Below the pieces are notes generated by a model, which was given only the letters and a program-made list of their open reading frames with translations, had not been told where the DNA came from and did not search any database. A stretch of DNA of 48,276 nucleotides from Craspedostauros australis (lineage: Eukaryota), in assembly GCA_030167865.1 (NCBI GenBank), contig JALAGF010000174.1, positions 1-48,276 on the forward strand, read 5' to 3'. The position numbers and the translations under genes are program-made. Position 1 is the first letter of the stretch, and the number at the start of each line of letters is the position of its first letter. Shown one piece after another: positions 42,647 to 48,276 of the stretch.

Positions 42647-44254
42647 ATGAATGGCAGCATGCAACAGGCAGTGGCCGTCGGCAGCAACCGGCGTACCATC
42701 CATAGCATGATGGCACCAAGAAGACGCAGATGCCTCAATTCAATGACCACGGACTCCATGGTCACTCTCAGCTTCACCGTGGGTCTGCTGATGGCGACAT
42801 TCAATTGCCCAAGGTCGTTCGCCATCCAGGAGGTTGACCGCATGAAGGAGTACGATCGGAGAGGGTATCAGTGGCCACCACGGAGAGACGAGTATCACCC
42901 CAACACCGAGGGGTGGAGACGGCTGCACGAAAGACGGTTCCGCCAGATCGATCATTCGACAACGACCGCGAATGGTGCCGACATCTACAGCGCGTACATC
43001 GTTTCCATCCACAGCGCGATGATGGTGCCCAACTTCACCGAGATGGGCTGGGGCTTGACGACGGCTCCGCGGCATGTGTGGGAACCGTTGCATGAAGCAT
43101 TGACGAAAGCAATCGAAGGTGACGAGCTGCGCTACGAAGACTTCGAACCAGCAATCAATACAACGGTGAAACTTGACACGAATGACCAATTCCAACCAAC
43201 GCACAGTGACGACTTGAGTCTGCAGCTGAGATCATCGTCGGCATCCGAAGCTGCAGACACAACCGCAACAACTGCAACAGCGGCAGAAGTAGTCGATGAT
43301 CGCAGCTCCGACCAACTCCAAGATCAAGATGTCGATCCGCTACGGCCGCTGTTCTTTTGGAACCAACGGATGCGTGAGCTCCGTGATTTCGCGTTGAATG
43401 AGCTGCAACCCCTCGTGGAGGCATGGGCCGGGGTGCCGGTAGAGCCAGCGATGGCATACGGGCTGCGCGTGTACCAAAACACATCCAGATTGTACATGCA
43501 CGTCGATACTCCCAATACGCATGTGATATCTGCGATCTTCCACATCTACCATGACGAGGATTCCAGGCCATGGCCGTTGGTAATTGAAGGATTCGATGGC
43601 AACACGTACGCAGCGCCACTGAATGAGGGTGAGATCTTGCTGTACGAATCGTCCAAATGCTTCCATGGCCGTCCCATGGAGTTTCATGGCAAGCACTATT
43701 CGTCCCTGTTCTTGCATTACACTCCAATCGGGTACGCGGAACAGTATGAACAACGGGTGCAAGAGAATGTGATGTACCGAGTGCCGCCTCAATGGGCCCA
43801 ATCTGCAGACGAACGGCGACGCCTTCGGATTAATCTTGATGCGACATCTAGAAAGCGAGATTCTCCTGATAATGCTCATGATGTTCCCCAACGTGATGGT
43901 CATGGAGAAGATAGTGGCACACATGAAGACAGGAAAGAGCAGCGCGAAGGTCCAGCGCATGTTGATGAGTACACTTTCATCGAAACATTCGCCAAGGAGA
44001 CGGGCTGCGAACACGAATGGTGCTCCCTTGGGAACGCGGTGTGGCTCAATGGTGATGAAACCAATCGTGCACCACCGTATGGTCAAGTGCTGTCAGGATA
44101 TGGCAAGAGCGCCAGAATACGACATATATTTGAAGAGCAACGGTGGGACGATGAAGATGATGAAGAAAATGATGATGCTGACGAAGAAGATGAAGTCAAC
44201 GATAGTGATGAAGATGATAATGATGCTGACGACGACGACGAAGAAGAGCTGTAG
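42647..44254 (+). CDS. 2OG-Fe(II) oxygenase-like secretory-pathway protein (~535 aa; start uncertain)
   Basis: YGLRVYQNTSRLYMHVD...VISAIFHI...PWPLVIE...LNEGEILLYESSKCFHGRP gives an HxD...H facial triad. There is a hydrophobic N-terminal segment and an acidic tail ending EEEL. Confidence 0.8.
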   Translation: MNGSMQQAVAVGSNRRTIHSMMAPRRRRCLNSMTTDSMVTLSFTVGLLMATFNCPRSFAIQEVDRMKEYDRRGYQWPPRRDEYHPNTEGWRRLHERRFRQIDHSTTTANGADIYSAYIVSIHSAMMVPNFTEMGWGLTTAPRHVWEPLHEALTKAIEGDELRYEDFEPAINTTVKLDTNDQFQPTHSDDLSLQLRSSSASEAADTTATTATAAEVVDDRSSDQLQDQDVDPLRPLFFWNQRMRELRDFALNELQPLVEAWAGVPVEPAMAYGLRVYQNTSRLYMHVDTPNTHVISAIFHIYHDEDSRPWPLVIEGFDGNTYAAPLNEGEILLYESSKCFHGRPMEFHGKHYSSLFLHYTPIGYAEQYEQRVQENVMYRVPPQWAQSADERRRLRINLDATSRKRDSPDNAHDVPQRDGHGEDSGTHEDRKEQREGPAHVDEYTFIETFAKETGCEHEWCSLGNAVWLNGDETNRAPPYGQVLSGYGKSARIRHIFEEQRWDDEDDEENDDADEEDEVNDSDEDDNDADDDDEEEL

Positions 44255-44581
44255 GAATCGTCGAAGACAGTGCAGTCTCAATGCGAGTCTTGCCAAGTGA
44301 TAGCATTGTATACCTCGGCAAGTACAAGTACAACGGCAATACTCAAGAATACGTGTACTTATATAAATCATGGCCTTAGAGAGATGGATAGAGTAGAGCA
44401 GAGTGTAAGTCCATCAGTTTCCGCACAGAGGAGAACAGAGACGGTGGTCCTTAACATTCCGTTACACACTCACCCATTCGACCATGGTATGCAAACATCT
44501 CAGAACCGACGCACCAACCAATCAACAGACTCCCTCTTGACGTCTCTTCTCGCCAGGCCGTTGCGCCCTCCATTTCCAACC

Positions 44582-46858
44582 TTATTGAACACGGCAGCCG
44601 CACGATTCGACTGCAAGTTGGGTACAATCGGAGGCCTTCTTTTCGACCTCTGCTTCATCGACGACTGACTTCAGATCAGTCGAGGTCTTTTCACTGTCCG
44701 CAGGAACTATTGCGGTGGTAGATGGAGATGGATCTTCGCTCGTGATGTCTCTGTTTCTCGAGACGGCATTGGGGTCGACGCCCGCATCGGTTGGCGGGAT
44801 TGGGGTTGGCGTCGCTGCCTTGGCATCGCCCGTTGGCGCAACGATGGCGGTGTCCAGAGCTTTTGTCTTCGTTGGTGAAACCGCTTCTTCTGTTGGTTGT
44901 TGATCTTTTGTTCCAATCTCAACATCCTCGAAGGAGGCATCGTTTTCTTTGGCTTTCGCTTCGGGTTCGGCTCGCCCGGCCTCTCCTTTTGGTTCTGCGA
45001 TTGTTGGCTTTGTTTCATCTGCTTCCTTCGCACCGCTATCGGTCGTTTGCATTGGTTGCTGTTGTGACGGATCCTCGAGAACAACATTATGAGGGTTAAT
45101 ACCAACATCACTGATCGAAGTCTCGTCCATCCCAGGAGTCTTCTCGTCGTCGCTGTCGTCGTCACTGTCATTGTGACCGTTGTCGTGACTATTGTCGTCG
45201 CCGTCGCTGTTGTTGTCTTCATTCGTACCATCGTTTGTCGCAGTGTCGGTTGCGACAGCTACAAATTCCTCCTCCCGTGGCTTCGATTCCACAGCTGCTT
45301 CTGTTTCGGGCTCGGCGATGACGTTGACGGTTGCTTCGTTGTCATCCTCGTCATGAACATCCTTTTTGCTGTCCATGGTATCAGGGACTGCAGAATCCTC
45401 TGGTTGTTCGGTCTCGACAACAGCGGGCGGCGAATCCTGCGGGAGGGGGACTTCGCTCATCTCTGCATCCGGATCCACATCGTCCTTTTCTTTGGCAACA
45501 ACTGGCAGAGTCTCAAGCTCAAGCATTGGCTCGTCTTCCTCCTTCTGTTCTTCGGTTGTTTTGGAGACATCAAAGTCTGACATCGTTCCGTTTGGAACGG
45601 CCGCTGACTGCTCATCACTATCAAGTGAGACCAAATCAAACACATCAGGCGCCTCTGCAGGTTGCTCCTCGTTCGTCTCCTCCGTGACATGGGCCCCATC
45701 GCTGTTCTTACCAAGCGGAGCACCAGCTTCAGCGTCAGCGTTGGCCTCGGTTGGCAACGAAGTTGGAGCAACTGCCGGGATCTCCTTGTTGGATTGGTCA
45801 GCGGCAGCAGTCGCAGCAGCATGTGGTGCCGCAAATGAGAAGAGCAGATCGGCCTGCTTGGGCTCCTCGCCTGCGAAAGCATCCATGGCCGCAGGTGGCT
45901 CCTGAGTTTGAAATGTTGCTGGAGCGCCACCTTGTGGTGCGACGCGATCGCCCGTCTCGTCGAAGGGCAACAAGTCCACAACTGGAGGAGCCACCGATTG
46001 TGGCACATTCATGTGGAGCAAATCAGCCTCTTCGGCGGTGCCTGTTGTGTTGGATGGGGATAGAACGGCGTTGGTTGATGGTGGGACGTCTTCCAACGAC
46101 AGCAGATCCAGTTCGGGCGCTGCGGGATGAGATGGAGCGGGTGGCATGACCTTGTTCATGTCTTCATCATCAAAGGAAAGGAGATCGGGCTCGATGAAGT
46201 TCTGCGCGTCGGGCTGTGGCACATCCTCCACTGGGGCTACGAATCCGAAACCCAGCAAATCAGCGGCTTCGTCTTGAACAGCAGGGGTAGGGACTGCTGG
46301 CATCACCGCTTCCTCGTTTGAAGCATTCGCAGCTGCGTTGGCTTGGTGTGGCGTGAATGGATCCGTGGTAGCGCCATGTGGATTGGTTTCCACGTTGACA
46401 TTGACGTTGACGTCGATATCGTCTCTGATTTCATTTTTGTTCCCGAGACTCTCAGAATAGCTGTGGGTGTTGCTAGTGCCATCAATCCCATTCTCATTTG
46501 TGGTGGCAGCCGTAGCTGCAGTTGGAGCCGGCACCACCGGTGCGGGTGCTGGTGATGCGTTTGCAACCAAACCATCCTCATTTTGAATGTCGTCCTCTTC
46601 TTCATCCTCATCCACGGTCTCCACGATGGGGATGGTGTACTGGCGGCTGTTGGAAGCCTCTGCCATTGTCGGAGAGGATGGCGACGACGATGACGACGAT
46701 GATGATGCCAACGTGGCTTTGAGTTGGTGAAGACGCGTGGCGGCCTCCCTGGCATCTTCTGCTGCCTTCAATGCATCCATGGCAAGCTTTTGCGCCTGCT
46801 GCTCGGAAGCGCTGAGGACATAGGAACCGTCCCCCATCTTTTTCTCTTCGAAGGGCAT
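44582..46858 (-). CDS. Acidic intrinsically disordered protein with repeated DLL motifs and a C-terminal CaaX (758 aa)
   Basis: Intact ORF with a short N-terminal coiled coil, six DLL motifs, one DPF and the ending ESCGCRVQ*. Confidence 0.75.
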   Translation of the reverse strand: MPFEEKKMGDGSYVLSASEQQAQKLAMDALKAAEDAREAATRLHQLKATLASSSSSSSSPSSPTMAEASNSRQYTIPIVETVDEDEEEDDIQNEDGLVANASPAPAPVVPAPTAATAATTNENGIDGTSNTHSYSESLGNKNEIRDDIDVNVNVNVETNPHGATTDPFTPHQANAAANASNEEAVMPAVPTPAVQDEAADLLGFGFVAPVEDVPQPDAQNFIEPDLLSFDDEDMNKVMPPAPSHPAAPELDLLSLEDVPPSTNAVLSPSNTTGTAEEADLLHMNVPQSVAPPVVDLLPFDETGDRVAPQGGAPATFQTQEPPAAMDAFAGEEPKQADLLFSFAAPHAAATAAADQSNKEIPAVAPTSLPTEANADAEAGAPLGKNSDGAHVTEETNEEQPAEAPDVFDLVSLDSDEQSAAVPNGTMSDFDVSKTTEEQKEEDEPMLELETLPVVAKEKDDVDPDAEMSEVPLPQDSPPAVVETEQPEDSAVPDTMDSKKDVHDEDDNEATVNVIAEPETEAAVESKPREEEFVAVATDTATNDGTNEDNNSDGDDNSHDNGHNDSDDDSDDEKTPGMDETSISDVGINPHNVVLEDPSQQQPMQTTDSGAKEADETKPTIAEPKGEAGRAEPEAKAKENDASFEDVEIGTKDQQPTEEAVSPTKTKALDTAIVAPTGDAKAATPTPIPPTDAGVDPNAVSRNRDITSEDPSPSTTAIVPADSEKTSTDLKSVVDEAEVEKKASDCTQLAVESCGCRVQ

Positions 46859-48006
46859 TGCGTTGTCTCAGAGCAGAGCAATCTCAAGAGTAAATGTATT
46901 CGTGTGGTTGAATTGTGAGCACGAGCACTCGTATGTCGATGCTGGTGTTGGTGCCGAGATCACTGCCGAATGCGTTCGCTCGAGTTTGGTTCGTGGCCGT
47001 TGATTCTTTCGTCTTCAATGCAAGTATTTGTAGGGTATCGCTAACATAATTATGAGAATGGCCCCCATAGTGCTCGTTCAAGTTTTGAATGTTGAGTGAT
47101 GCATGGTGAATACTGAGGATGTCGTTTTTCTGGTTGGCGTTGTGTTGCATCTGCGTCTTCGCTTTTGAGTTGAGATGCGTGAAGGAGCGCACCCCGTGAA
47201 CGGCATTGGTGTGAGTATCGGTCACCTCGCCAAAGTAAACGAAGTGAAATGCTGTCTATGAGCCCGATCAGTGAGTCGACCAACACTTTGAAATAGACCT
47301 CCAGAAATTTTCTCTTCTACATACTAACCAAGCACATATTCGTAATCCCTTTAGGTCTAATACAAATAATTAACCGTTACATTTTTGAGTTAGATCCTAT
47401 TTTAAGTTTTACAGACCGATGGATATGCGCAATTTTCGATCTCTCTCGGGTTTCAGCCTTTCGCCTACGACTACATCGATCCAATTTAACCCTTTGCTGT
47501 TCTTTGTTTCAGCGACGTTGTTCCCATTTTGAATTGTTTAGTCTCTTTTTGAGGTGTTACGATCAGACCATCCAACAGTCCCTCCACGATAGCACTAGTT
47601 GTATAGTTTTGGGGGAAGCGGTGAGTCTGCGTTTACATTCATTCTACCCTCCGTTTGCTTAATCCGTCATCTACGTCACNANNNTGGNTNCTGCGTCATG
47701 AAACACNAATCACAGCACGATGTGAAGCAGCATCTGCGACGTTTCTTCGTGACGGAATGGTCGAGTTGCATTGGTACTCCGGAAGTGTTTTATGTCATGC
47801 TTTTTTCGTGCATTTGGTTAGGTGTATGCAATTACCTTATCCCCCAGTATGTCCGACTGGTTGAGAGTGCCAGACTCCAAAAAACAACAACATGACAACG
47901 GCGGAACACCAAAAAACGCCACAATGGCCGTCCAACGGCAATCACTGCGCCGCACCAACCAGCGGTCCAATGACAAATCCAAGCACATCGCCGTCACCGC
48001 GATGCA

Positions 48007-48118
48007 NNNNNNNNNNNNNNNNNNNNNNNNNNNNNNNNNNNNNNNNNNNNNNNNNNNNNNNNNNNNNNNNNNNNNNNNNNNNNNNNNNNNNNNNNNNNNN
48101 NNNNNNNNNNNNNNNNNN
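48007..48118. other. Assembly gap (N run), with scattered Ns at ~47680-47707
   Basis: Literal N characters. Confidence 0.99.
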
Positions 48119-48276
48119 GTGTACTCCATCCACAACCCACCCCAACGCCTATGGATGGGCAAGATGGCTCCAGGAGGCCAAGACCAAGATTCCCACGAAG
48201 TTTGAGGTTCGGGGACGACCGAGAAGGTGTCCGCGCGGAGGAAACAGTGGAGGGCAAGAGTTTTGGCGGTGTATCG

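Noticed and set aside
4490..46858. Functional gene cluster or operon-like system
   Set aside because: The genes have unrelated functions, mixed orientations and different predicted compartments, as in an ordinary compact eukaryotic chromosome.

Overview
Eukaryotic genomic DNA, very probably from a diatom. The evidence is GT-AG introns, bipartite plastid presequences with ASAF/TAF/AAF-type cleavage motifs, a fused plastid TrpA-TrpB and diatom-type hypothetical families. About 17 protein-coding genes can be modelled, six of them only after splicing. They include a NAT9-like acetyltransferase, a type II membrane protein with a DNRLRE/CBM96-like domain, a MATH-BTB protein, a HAD-like protein, an E2F with a long histone-H1-like N-terminus, a DUF3082 plastid protein and a fused tryptophan synthase. 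The rest are CacyBP/SIP, a plastid SET protein, a 5-exon GPI-anchored secretory-lipase-like hydrolase, a 4-TM protein, a BRK/KOW protein, an R3H-associated protein, a 2OG-Fe(II) oxygenase-like protein, a DLL-rich CaaX protein and two further hypothetical proteins. The first ~4.2 kb is different: it is CpG-depleted and carries a ~60-63 bp tandem array and a decaying spliced ORF, which suggests a methylated repeat or transposon relic. The window ends in low-quality sequence and an N gap. No rRNA, tRNA, CRISPR array or intact transposase was seen. I found no clear multi-gene novel system; the best leads are unusual single-protein architectures and the degenerate element. Family assignments come from motif recognition by eye, not from database searches.
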